Shown: positions 1 through 12,400 of the stretch, piece by piece | Layout of the letters: every line of letters starts with the position of its first letter | Position numbering within the stretch: the stretch's first letter is position 1 | Assembly (NCBI GenBank): GCA_964035545.1 | Contig: OZ037771.1 | Span: 8,177,408 to 8,241,407 of the forward strand | Length of the DNA stretch: 64,000 nucleotides | Direction: 5' to 3' | Source of the DNA: Bugula neritina | Lineage: Eukaryota > Animalia > Bryozoa | The notes under the pieces: generated by a model | Databases searched by the model: none | The model's input: only the letters and a program-made list of their open reading frames with translations | Told to the model about the DNA's origin: nothing | Made by a program: the position numbers and the translations under genes

Positions 1-460
1 AGACTCATTCACAGACTATTTATTATGTGTTTCGTCTGACGAGTGTGTGACTGGTCATAGCGAGCCTTTACTCATTGTGAACCCAACTCTTGTTATTGAA
101 ACAATCCATCAGCTACTTCTACCTTCTGGTTTCCTTTCCTTTAACATCAGATTTATATGCAATATAATGCAGCTTTGGAGTGTATAACTATGCTGGAACT
201 ACAGTAGGAGTAGACTTCTACTAGAATAATTGGTTGCAATAACAATAAATAGAGTAATGCCTGGGCTTCTTTGAGTAAAAAGAGTTGGAATTATATAATA
301 ATAAAGGCTAAGGTATATTTAAATCAACATAATATTATTTTCCTTCCCTTGTCCTATTGGTCTTCATAGATTACTAACCTCTCTTGTAGTAATTATTTTA
401 CCCTTTAAAACCTTAAAAACAAGTGAAAATTATAATATAAGTCAATTTTTTTTATTGTAG

Positions 461-2053
461 ATATTTGCCTCTATGGTGTGCAATATGATTGCAGTGAACT
501 GTGTAATCGTGCTGCTGTTTGTAACAGCTCCATCTGTCATTAAGAATTCTCCTCCATGCTACTTAGGCAGCGTCTACTATAGAGCTCGCTACCACCCAGC
601 TGACTGCTCTATTGTAAGTCAGCACGTTATGTAATTGGCAGCGAGTCACTCAACGCAATGTAGCTGCTGCAGTACCTTCTTACATTCTTCAGCTCTAATG
701 ATGCATCAATACAATTAATACATGATATATTATATAGTTAATATTTAATTTATTGTAGTATCCAACTTTTTTACTTATAACCGCAAATTGTTTAAAAACC
801 ATTGAGCCTGTATCATACTTTCAGCAAAGTAAAGGCGTAGTTTTGTGCAGTTACATATTATGGTAGTTATAAACAATCATTAAGGTATAAAACCTAATAG
901 ATACAATGCAAAAACAGGATAATTGAAGTATAGTTATGGGTACAGTAGTGTATTGTGGTTTACGCTTAAATTTGTACTGGTGTAATAATTTTATAGGATG
1001 AGCATTTGCTGCTGGGCATGGAAGCTATATTGTTGGTAATATGTTTCATTCAGTTCATATCAACTGTTATCTGCTCTGCCATTGGATTTGCAGTTGTCTG
1101 CTGCAAGTTCACTCAACAAAATCGGCCAATGGTAAGTTGTTTCAGTATATAATATCTTTATTTCATATTTGAAAAGGTTTGTTGGCACATATTTCTGGAT
1201 TGCTGGCAGAATTATTTTTGAAAATTGAGTTAATAGGATTATTTTTGCCAAATATTTAGCACAAAATTTATTTCCAAATGCCAACTTTTCAACAAAATGC
1301 ATTGTTTACCAATGACTTCCAGCATTTAAAGTACTGAAAGTGTCATATTTTTATCAACATATTAATAAAACTGTTTACATATATGTTCATATATAGCTGC
1401 ATATTGTAGTATATTGATGTGTTTCAGGCTCACTATCCCACAGCTAGCGACACTTCACATGTGATTTATCATTCTCATTTCACACCACAAAATCAACAAA
1501 ATTTGGCAGGCATATACTTTCAAGGTACGCTAACAAGTCTATTTATCTACAATAGTAACTATAAATAAATGATACTGTGAAGACCTAACTTTTCTTTAGA
1601 AAACCTGACCTTGTTTTTTGGACCTATATACTAAAACCTAGCAATGCCTTGCTGTTGCAAAGAGAGCATTCCAGCCATCTGATTAGTTTTGTTAATGCTG
1701 ACAACTTCAATTCAAGAACACATTAAGGAAACTGCTGTTTGTTGCTGTCAAAACATTTCCTTGTCAACACTAGGCATATGCATATCAACATTTAATGCTG
1801 TCCAACTTTCCCATCAGTGTCATGTTCATTGTCTCTATTGGATGCATTTATGTTAGCAGCACAATTATTCTCTGTTGGAGTAAACATTGCTTTAGTCGAC
1901 AGGTTAAGATTTCATGCAGTAGTTTAACTATTTTCAGAGAGAGGCTACCCTGCCCCAGCGCCTCCATACTTCTACGAGTCAGCAGGTCAGAATAGTGTCA
2001 GTGTTGAGAAACCACCTCAATATGACTCGCTGGACTTCAGCCAAGACTGTTGA
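461..2053 (+). CDS. MS4A/CD20-like tetraspan membrane protein, 3' exons only (461-613, 997-1131, 1428-1524, 1938-2053)
   Basis: Four AG/GT-bounded exons join in phase: IFASMVCNMIAVNCVIVLLFVTAP...|DEHLLLGMEAILLVICFIQFISTVICSAIGFAVVCCK...|...|ERGYPAPAPPYFYE...EKPPQYDSLDFSQDC*. Two hydrophobic helices, the last ending in CC, and a PPxY tail are typical of MS4A proteins. 5' exons lie outside the window. Confidence 0.7.
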
Positions 2054-3483
2054 GGAGAGAGCTAATGCAGGCTAGGCTGTGTACATATCACAATCATACC
2101 ATAATCACTACTTATGCTGGTCACATGATCACATCTGCACATTTGGAAGACCAGAGATCGCTAGGTGACTGAACATAAGAGCTAGAGATGGCCGACAGCA
2201 TAATATGTTACTTAAATACAGCACCATCTTAATATATGCTATAGCTGCAACATATGAACTTACAATAAATTGCAGTCGACTTTTTATTATTTTCATTATG
2301 AAAAGCACACTGTTAGTGAAAGAAGATATCGTAATTTTCTTGCACAAATTTAACATAATTTTCAAACTTATATGTACAGTATATTTTAATACACTATTTA
2401 CTTCTTATACTAAAACTAAGACCAATAATAATATTTATATGTCAATTACCTACATACATGTTGCTACAAATCATACTAATATATATTATAATTATGCATT
2501 TTCAGGCAGAGTCTATATTTACCACATAATATGATGACCACCACTATTATGCAATGGCCCAATATTTTCAAGGGCAAAGGTTTGATTGTAAAAATATCTG
2601 GTCCCAGAAAAAGACATGAGAACAAAGATGTTAGCTGCCCAGAGTTAGCAATACTGTAGAAGTTAGATAGAAGAAAATATTATAGAGAAAAAATAATACA
2701 ATATACCAACTATAAGTTAGAGTGAGCCTATGCATCTGCTCCACAATAGTCTATTAACATAAATTGTGTGATCCTATCACCTAAGCTCAAATTAATGAAG
2801 AATAATGATATAATAATTGTTTAGTCAAAATTACAATTTTACAACTAAAACCTACTTGAAGCCAGTGATTACTAATTGAAAAACTCAACTCCACATTTTT
2901 GCCAATAAAGTAATAAACAAAAGCTCTAAAAACTAAGTTCAAAGGTCACAAAAGTGAAGCTGTACAAGAATATAGCTTACAAGAAATATGTACGCAAAAA
3001 TTAAACTGTTCCAAAATTCTCATGCAATACTGCAATAAATTAAGATGGACGGGTAAAAAGCAGCTGACAAAAGTGTCTAAATTCAGGAAACAAGTACCCA
3101 ACTGTTTCAAGAATGAAAATGTAAAGAGGACTTCAAAATAATAGTAGTTGTTTACTCCTACACTGCCTGACTCAGTCTGAATATAAATACAATGTTTCTC
3201 ATAAACACTTTTACACAGCTGAGCTGTTACACTATTGACTGTTGATTGAAACTAAAAACTTAATCATAATTTGAGAAGCAAATCTTGTGATTAAATTAAA
3301 CCAATGAAGACAAAAAATACAAGTACAAGGTGGGTGAGATCAGATAGAGGGTTTGATATTCCGGTTTCCTTCAACTCAACAAAATCTATAACACTCAACC
3401 CGTGCCAACAACTCTTTAGTCAAAGCTGATTCGCTCCAACATATTCACATCTCCCTGTGCTTCCTAGAGCATCTCTCTTCAGA

Positions 3484-6400
3484 TCAATGTACCGCCTGCA
3501 ATTACAAATAATACAGTATTGAACATCATATCGTTAATCAAATATGAGGTTTTGTTAGTGAACAATGCAGCCCTCTACTGTAATCACTCCTGCGGCCAGT
3601 AGAAGGGGTAGAGCATGAGCTAACTTCAACACAAAACATTGCCTATTCAGGAATAAATCAAACAGTCACAAGTGCTGAGTGAAGCAAAGAATGCCTTTCA
3701 AGACAAACAGTGTCAACACATTTATCATTTGAAGTTTTAAAAGAGCTGAAAGAAACGCGCTGACTGACCCCGACAGCACTGGAAGCATACAGACCTGAGG
3801 TGTGGATGGTTGAGGGTTGAACGTGAGCAGAGAGTGGACAACTTCTGACACAGCACTTTCAGGTTGTAGTTCATAGCTGTCATAGGTTTGGGAGAGAGAG
3901 TCGGTGAGATGTTCTCTTAGGATGACGAATCCATCTAGTACTACAACATATAAGATGTACATCTAGTACTACAACATATAAGATATACATCTAGTACTAC
4001 AACATATAAGATATACACCTAGTACTACAACATATAAGATATACATCTAGTACTACAACATATAAAATATACATCTAATACTACAACATATAAGAGATAC
4101 ATCTAGTACTACAACATATAGGAGATACATCTAGTACTACAACATATAAGATATATATCTAGTACTACAACATATAAGATATACATCTAGTACTGTAACA
4201 TATAAGAGGTACATCTAGTACTACAAGATATAAGAGATACATCCAGTACTACAAGATATAAGAGATACATCTAGTACTGTAACATATAAGAGGTACATCT
4301 AGTACTACAAGATATAAGAGATACATCCAGTACTACAAGATATGAGATACATCTAGTACTGTAACATATAAGAGGTACATCTAGTACTACAACATAGAAG
4401 AGGTGATGTGCAGATCTAAGAATTCATTTTGACACTATTTTATTTGTTAATATATTTTTCACACCAAATGAACTCAGCAAGTATCTAATGCTATCATAAG
4501 GAAGTGCTGGTGACAGAAGACCTTCAAATATACATTCTATAAATAAATAGTGAAACGAGTAACTTTAACACATGGAAACTCTGCATTGCATTTTATGCGG
4601 TATTACTGGCTACCTGAACAAATAAAATACAAATGCAGCGTCTTGCAAAAATAAATCTCATCTCAATATGACTCAATGTACAAGAAGTGTGCTTTTTAGG
4701 CTTATACTTATACTCAAAACTGTTAAATAATTGTTTTCATAAGCATGTCAAAATCTCTACACTTGAACATAATTATATAAATATATAATATATTCTACTA
4801 GACACAGCTAAAACAATTGAACAAATTTTAAAATGCTTAACTTCCGCACATGTTTCTTTCAATGAAGAGGTTGTGAATGATATTATAATGTTTGTAGTTC
4901 TACTACTAGAACATAGCAGTATCAACACAACATGTTAATGGTACTGTACATCATATATACTACCAGTCCAGTAAAACCTATACTTATTAGACTGAGAAAT
5001 TGCTGATTTGAAAAGGTAACTTACTTGGGGATATTTTAAGCGCACAGTCTATGCAGTAGACGACGTGCTGTTTCTCCACCTCTCTCACAAACAGAATGTT
5101 GAAGACCTCCAGCTAAACAGAATATGCAGTTATAAATTATAGCAGATAAACTCCATTGAATGAAGTTATACAATACTATGACACATCATCCACTACTATG
5201 ACATTACACACTATTATGATACATTATACAATGTTATGACAAATTATTTAGTACTATTACACATTATATAATACTATGACACATTACATACTATTATGAC
5301 ACATCATACAATACTATGACACATTACACAATACTATGACACATCATACAATACTATGAAACATTATACAATACCATGACACATTATACAATACTATGAC
5401 ACATCATACAGTACAATAATGCAGAGTATACTATAGAAACATGTGTAGTAGTGTAAATGTCAACACTGCGTACATACACACCTCACAGCTGAAACAGTAG
5501 TGAGGCGCGTCTTCATCCTGTCTACCATGCCACACGATGTGCTTCCCTTTAGTAGACATGAGATTCTCAATTCTCCCTGTATGTTGGAGAGACTTCATAC
5601 ACACATACCTGCAGTAATACAGCAAGAGTGAACACAACTGTGTGTGAGAGAGATTGTGATCCTGCATACTGATATTGACATAGATAGAGATTACCAAGTT
5701 TTATTACGACTAAATTGTACATATGAAACACCACACACATGACCAAAATAAATAAAACATAAATAAATAAAGATTCATTACAGAGCTCTATTCTATTACA
5801 ATATGCAATATTTATTAACTTAACAATTTATATACCCAATTTATTGAGTAAAAACAAATAAAAATTATTCATAGTTTTACGATAAAATTAATATTAACAT
5901 TTAACTGTTAGCTACTCACAAATATAATTGTTACTACTTACTGATTATATAAGTATATTATTTCAAACTACATTTAGTATATGTACTAAAGAAGTGGAGT
6001 TGCAACATGTCCTAACGATTCTATCAATTTGACAAACAAATAATTTGAATAATTTTTTCAAGAGAAAGTTGTTATTTTCTATAGTTTTGAGCCAGAAATA
6101 AATTTTACACAAGTATTATACTATGGCTGAATGCTTAGACTAGCTGTCAAACGTCTTCTATCTATTACAACCATATAGCTTAGAAATTTATGTGAAAAAG
6201 TATTACAGATTCAGGTTTTTCTCAATGTATGTTTTAATCTGCCCGCAATCTACACACGCACAAACATATTGGAAGACATGACATTATTAGTCTCAATACT
6301 TAGCAGACCATCGAGTTAGCATATAAGAGGTCAGCAACAAAACAGCTTTCATACTCATTCATTCACACTCTGCTCTACCACAGTGTTTAAAAAATGTACC

Positions 6401-9400
6401 AGTAACACAAAGCACTAGGAGGTACGTGCTCAGCTAAGCATGATAGCACGGACATCAGAGTAGTCCCTGCAGTGACTAGTTGAATATAAACACTTACTTT
6501 ATAAGTGAATGCAAAGCCTCGTCTTTCAGTTTCACATTCTTGGCAAGATTCCAGCAAAGATGGACCATGGGAACTATGGACTTATATGACTGTAGCTTAT
6601 TAAACTCGTATCTTTCTATAGCTAGCTTGAATACATCCACATCTAGAGGTGCAGTATTCCACGCTATGTTATTGCACCAACCCTAAAAGACCACATACGT
6701 TTTATTAAAAAAAGATGACAAATCCAAAAAGTATATTTGACGGAAAATGTGAAATAACATGCGAATGTAAATCATGATATGTGAAGACTAAAAATATGAA
6801 GAGAGTTCCTTATACAAATGTATTTAGAATCAGCATTTGTAGTAATATGCTAGCTATAAAATACGGCTTCAGATTTGTATACTCAAGTAAATTCTTTCCA
6901 TAGGAAAAAATGTGTGCACATAACTCCGAATTAATACGTAAGCTAAGACTATTTGCTAATGATGCTATTGACTGAGTGATCCCATCCTAGATAAATAATA
7001 CTCATTAGTATCAACCTCTTATTAGACGTTATTATCCAACTCCTGCAATACACTAATTCAATATATAAACAACTACAACTTACTGTAGCCTGCACCCAGT
7101 GGGGAGCTCCAGGGGAGATAAACACCATATCTCCAGGTTTTTGTGTAAACCTGTAGAGCGGAATTTTGGCTTTAAACAGATCTTCAGGCAGGGGCCAGTA
7201 CGCCCCACTCAAGTAATCAACATTGTTCCTAAAACACAAAGGCTATGATCAGCAAGTCAGCTCGTTTCTGTCACTTCATTGCCATTCCTGATTAGCCACC
7301 ATATATATTCCACAGTTCTAACTCACTGAGGTTAATCGTAACTTGAGAGAAATTCACAGGCAGCTCACAGAACATGTCAATCAGATGAAGAGGCGTTAGA
7401 AACCTAATTAATACTAAAGCATATCAACTTAACCACATATTGGCATCAACAGAAATCTCGTTGTGACTCCAACAATCTGTTGATAAGAAAACGTGGTACA
7501 CATGGGACTGTCCAAGTTGTGAACAACAGCATTACATATATCTTATTCTCTGTCTTCACAATTTAAAGTTGGCGTAATGTTTTTAGTCAGTCAATATTTA
7601 CTGTAACACTGTGTGACATACTGTATGTACTGTGACATACAGTATGCCATGTGACATACTGTATGCACTGTGACATACTGTATGTACTGTGACACACTGC
7701 ATGTACTGTGACACAGCATCTGATATAAAGAGTGAATCATATTTTCTCCACATACTTTTGACAGAGTCTGTACAGCTCCCCCCAGTACTGGTCAGGTATG
7801 GCAAACCATTCACAGTCTCCAGGGCCAATGTTGAAATTGACGGAGCAGAGGTTGAGATTCTCCTGGTGGGCCGGCGTTCTACATCCGGGTATTTTCATAT
7901 ACAGCTGCACACTGTTCATGCCGAGCACGGTGTGACCAAGGTGACTCAGCCCGTTACCAGCCCAGTGAACTCGTAGCCACTTGGGCAGCTTCTGCAGCTC
8001 CACCAACTGATCCTTCCACTTGTTGCGGTCTGAGAGATCGACATTTGTACCAAATCTGATCATTTTTGACTTTTTCTTTCCACCCGAACCTATAAGACAG
8101 TGACAGTTCATTAAATATTGTCTAGTTTTCATTAACAAAAATTTCATGTTACAAATATTGAGACTAATGATGACTTTGTGATAAATAGACTGGAATCTTA
8201 CTTGACGAGCTTGAATCTGAGTCGGAGTCTCTGCTACCCCCTCCCTTCACCTGATTGGCTGAGCTAGTGCTGACTGTCTTCACCTGAGTCGGCTGAGGAG
8301 CAGCGGATGACTTGGCGAGGCTCTTCTGAAATTGTTCCTTTGACTTTCCAGTCTCAGCTGCGAGAGACTCTTGGAAAGAGGAGGCCTGATAGTGGGCATA
8401 CTTGGCTATGGTTGTGGTTGTTCGTGTGCTCTCCTGCTTCCAGGTCTTTTGTCCTGAATGAAGGAGAAAGATTACACAGTGCTAAGTCCACATATTAGGT
8501 TGCAGATAGTGAAAAAAGCATCACGCCCTCAAATTACTAAAAAATTTGGATAAAGCATAGAAAATCAAGCAGAGTTAGAAAACAACTTTGCTTATTCAGT
8601 TGTATTTGTTGATATTTCATCAGTTTAATTCAAGAAACTATATACATTAACAGCTAAACTGTAAAAAATAGCTAAAAACTAGAGAGATTTAGCATTTAAC
8701 AAATTAAGTAAAATGGCCCAGTAGTAGTTTGATACACATACTACTAGACATACACTGACATACAACATACTGTCTGCATTACACTTACCCTGAGCATCTA
8801 GCGTCTCCTCCACATTAAACAGTCGCTGTGTGCGAACCTCACACGGGTGGTCTGGGGCCGTCTCAACTAAAGTCTTGGTAGAAAAAAGGCCAAGGTTCAT
8901 TCGTAAAACAGTGGCTAAGTTTTTCACCAAAACTATGGGCTGACCCATGGATATCCTGTGTAATCACAACATTTACATGATGAAGATATAGAGGTTAATC
9001 ACTATAAAATACTGGCTGACAATTGATCTAAGATCTAAGATATGAGATGGAGACAGTCAGCGAGATATGAGATGAAACTGCTAAACATTCCGTTTAGAAA
9101 CCAAGTATTTAAATTATTCCAAAACAACATGCTATCAAAACATACCCTTACCTTTGTAAATCTGAAGACATGGCATCTTTTTTGCATTCGATGGTTATAG
9201 TGGGTGTAGATGGTGTGAGCTGTTCAGGAGAGAGAGAGGTTTCTGGACTTGGAGGAGGTAGTGGCGGTCTACATTTATCAGAGAGTATATTGGGGGAACC
9301 TTTGATAGGCTCTTTGGACTGATCTATACAATAGATAAAGGTAGCAACATGAGACACGTGTAGCTGTACAGAAGGGAGACTTTAAGTATATCAAGTTCAA

Positions 9401-12400
9401 CACAATACTGTATCCCAAAACCACACATGCTAGTATATGGAGTGGTAGTGTTGACTCCCTTAAATAATTCCCATCAAGTAGAGCAAACCTTTTATTGTTT
9501 CAAACATTACACCTCACCTTTACACTTGTCCAATATCTCACGGGATGTCATGGCAATACACATCTTAGTTTCATTTTGGTTGAGTTTATTTGATTGTCTT
9601 TGGCTGGGTCGGGGAGAGATGACAGGATACGCAGGTGTCACAACTTCCTGTTTGATTGCTGACAGCTCTGAAGGGTGCAGCACTTTGGCTGGGTCATCTG
9701 ATATGAAGGAAGACAACTCTTAGTTGGAAATCACAATTTTAAAATCAGTCGAGATATAAAACTTTCATATATGAAAATTATATGAAAGTTTCACTTATAT
9801 TGTTGATGCTTTATATGACTATGTTTTATTATTGACAGTTTGAACAGTAACTATTGTGTAATGGCATGAAAGTAATGCCTCAAGTATCAGATTCTATCAA
9901 CTGTGTAACAGCAGCAACAATTGGATGACAGCTGATCTGAAATCACTTTTTAGAGTAACGGCTGGCAATACTGTTTCCACTCCCTAATATCACTGTATAT
10001 GTATATCCATGCTAGATAAATCACTCAAATAACAGGATATTCACTCTATCTGTATATTCACGTTTGGAAAACCAGTGTGAAAACAACATAGTTACCTTTA
10101 GGGTAAACGGGTTGCCTTTCATTGCTTGTATCTTGGACATCTTCAGGCTAAAAGAAGTGATTCATTGTATTAGTGTTCGCAGGGTTAGCTCTCTTCTATA
10201 AATGCTACTCACTGATATTAAACTCACACCTACCTGCATGTTCAGAGATATTTGATATTGTTGTTGAGCAAAAAACTGCTGCCGCATTTGATGAGCGGCA
10301 GCCTGCTGCTGAGGAGTGAGAGAGGCAGCGTTTTGAGGTTGCAGATATGCTGGTAACTGCATTTGTTGAGGGTTCATAAACTGGGCCACGTCACCAGGTT
10401 TAGTTTCAGCCTGTATCAACATATAACACGTTTAAATATACATGTCAAACAACGATTCATATGTATTGTCTTCTCTTGCATCAAAATACAATATGAACAT
10501 ATGATGAGAAGACAACTCTGTAAATATATAAAAATTACAATATAGTTCAACTAGTTGTAGTGCAATAGGCATACCACATGGAAAACACAGCTCAAGCAAC
10601 CTTACCATTAAAACTGGAATAAGTGAAGCAGCCATGGTCTAAGGGTTAGAATATTTACCAAGTAAGCACAAAGTCAAGGGTTCGAACCCTGGCAAAGGCC
10701 ATTGGTGATGTTAGGAAGAGAATCCAGTCATAATTGCTCCTGTGCCCCGTCTAAATAAGTCCTTAACCCGATTTAACAAAAACTCTTTCTATCAGGGGTT
10801 TCTCACAGGGATAGCGACTATAAACTTGCGTGAGCTTTTTTAAGTGAATCAGGCTAATCTCACCTTCTTCCTGTTTACAGTTCTTCGCTTCTTTGGAGAG
10901 GGCTGACCATTTGACAGCATACTAGCACCTGGAGAGAGGCCAGCGCTGCATGCATTGTATCCTTGCGGAGGCGCTCCACCGACCACCCCACCTAACATAA
11001 CAAAGTGTTTTCAGAAAATCATGGCTTTGCTGCGCCAACAGGTTTTACAACATTCAATCTTTTTCAAAGTGAACTCCCATATTGTCAAATGACAGATTAA
11101 CTAACAATAAAAAAGACAGCAGTTACGATTGTTGGCAGCATTTTTCAGCTGAACTTATGAGTGTGAATGAAACCAGAATAAAGAGTAACAGTTATATAGT
11201 CAGTTCATCAATGAGTAAATATTTAGATCTAAACACACCTTGCTGGCGACTGGTTAACTCTGCTGGGATTGGCAGGTGGAAAGCCTCGTTTATACACGGC
11301 AGAGTGTGTTTCTGTGCCATTATAACTTCTTTGAGTTGCTGTGTACTCAGCTTGCTCAGCTGGGTGGACAGCACTGTGATTCTGGAGGTGACATTGGGGT
11401 TTACCGAATCTATCAACAAACATGGCAGAATATTAAAACATGTCATTACTTGCAAAATCAAAGTTCTACTTGACATTAAGAAGCATTGAGGACAATTGAA
11501 AACATACTCAATATTTAAACAAAGCTGTTAAGATCAGCTAAAAGACCTCAGCTTAAAGTTTAGAGCAACATTCATTCCTCACAGACTAGAGAACAGAGGG
11601 ATATTACACCTATAGACAGTAGCCATATTTATACATGTATCCTTTACAGTGAGTAGCCATATTTACAGTTTAGCATGTAGCATGAGGATCCTTGCAAGAT
11701 TCAGTATGGAAAGTCGGGCTGAGGACCAGACAACCGTATAAGCTAGCTCACCTGGGTTTGTATTTCTGGCATTTTGAAAGCAGGCCAGAGCATCTTGGGG
11801 CTGCGAGTTGGCTTCGTAGAGCAAACCTAGATTAGTCCAGGCGGCGGTGTGGGTTTTCTCTAGCTGGACGGCGCAGATGTATGCCTGTAGAGCGTCCATT
11901 GGCTGATTCTGCTGCTGGTACAGTATACTGCAACACAACCACCTCTAGTCAAAATCTTAGCAAGAAATATATTATGCAAATGTGGTAATTTATTTCAACT
12001 GTAAGTCTTAAGAATGATGGATAGTAGGAGAACAAAGGGGATATTTCAACTCCAGGTATGTCAGTGCACGAATTTAATTTGATGCAGTATAATTAATCCT
12101 AGCTAGCAATCTTCCTTACCACATACTTCTTAATAATTTATTATATATTCTTATTTTCCAATTGTTAGCCAACAGCTGGGAGTGGGTTAGGTAGGTTACA
12201 GTTAGGTAGGTTACAGGTTAGATCAGCTGAAACTCATACTGGTATAGCTGTGTTCCTACAACTTCCACTGCGCAGTATTCAGATCAACAATTTATTCAGT
12301 TTGCAGCATCTTAAAGGCAGCATTACATGTTGTAATGCTGACCTGTACACCAGGTATACCAGGTACTATATAAACCTACCCTATAGAGCACCAGGTATTA

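Noticed and set aside
1060-1302. Minus-strand 80-aa ORF and similar antisense ORFs (7689, 9427, 11082, 38018, 47526, 54189)
   Set aside because: They are shadows of real exons on the opposite strand or chance ORFs in AT-rich introns.
3933-4400. CRISPR-like appearance of 28-35-bp repeats
   Set aside because: Units are directly tandem with no unique spacers, there are no cas genes, and the context is a eukaryotic intron.
9759-9792. Short AT-rich inverted repeat AAACTTTCATATA...TATATGAAAGTTT
   Set aside because: Short and low-complexity, with no evidence of function or mobility.
10625-10700. tRNA gene
   Set aside because: A/B boxes are present but no convincing cloverleaf, and the sequence is fused to a repeated body seen in diverged copies, so it is a SINE head.
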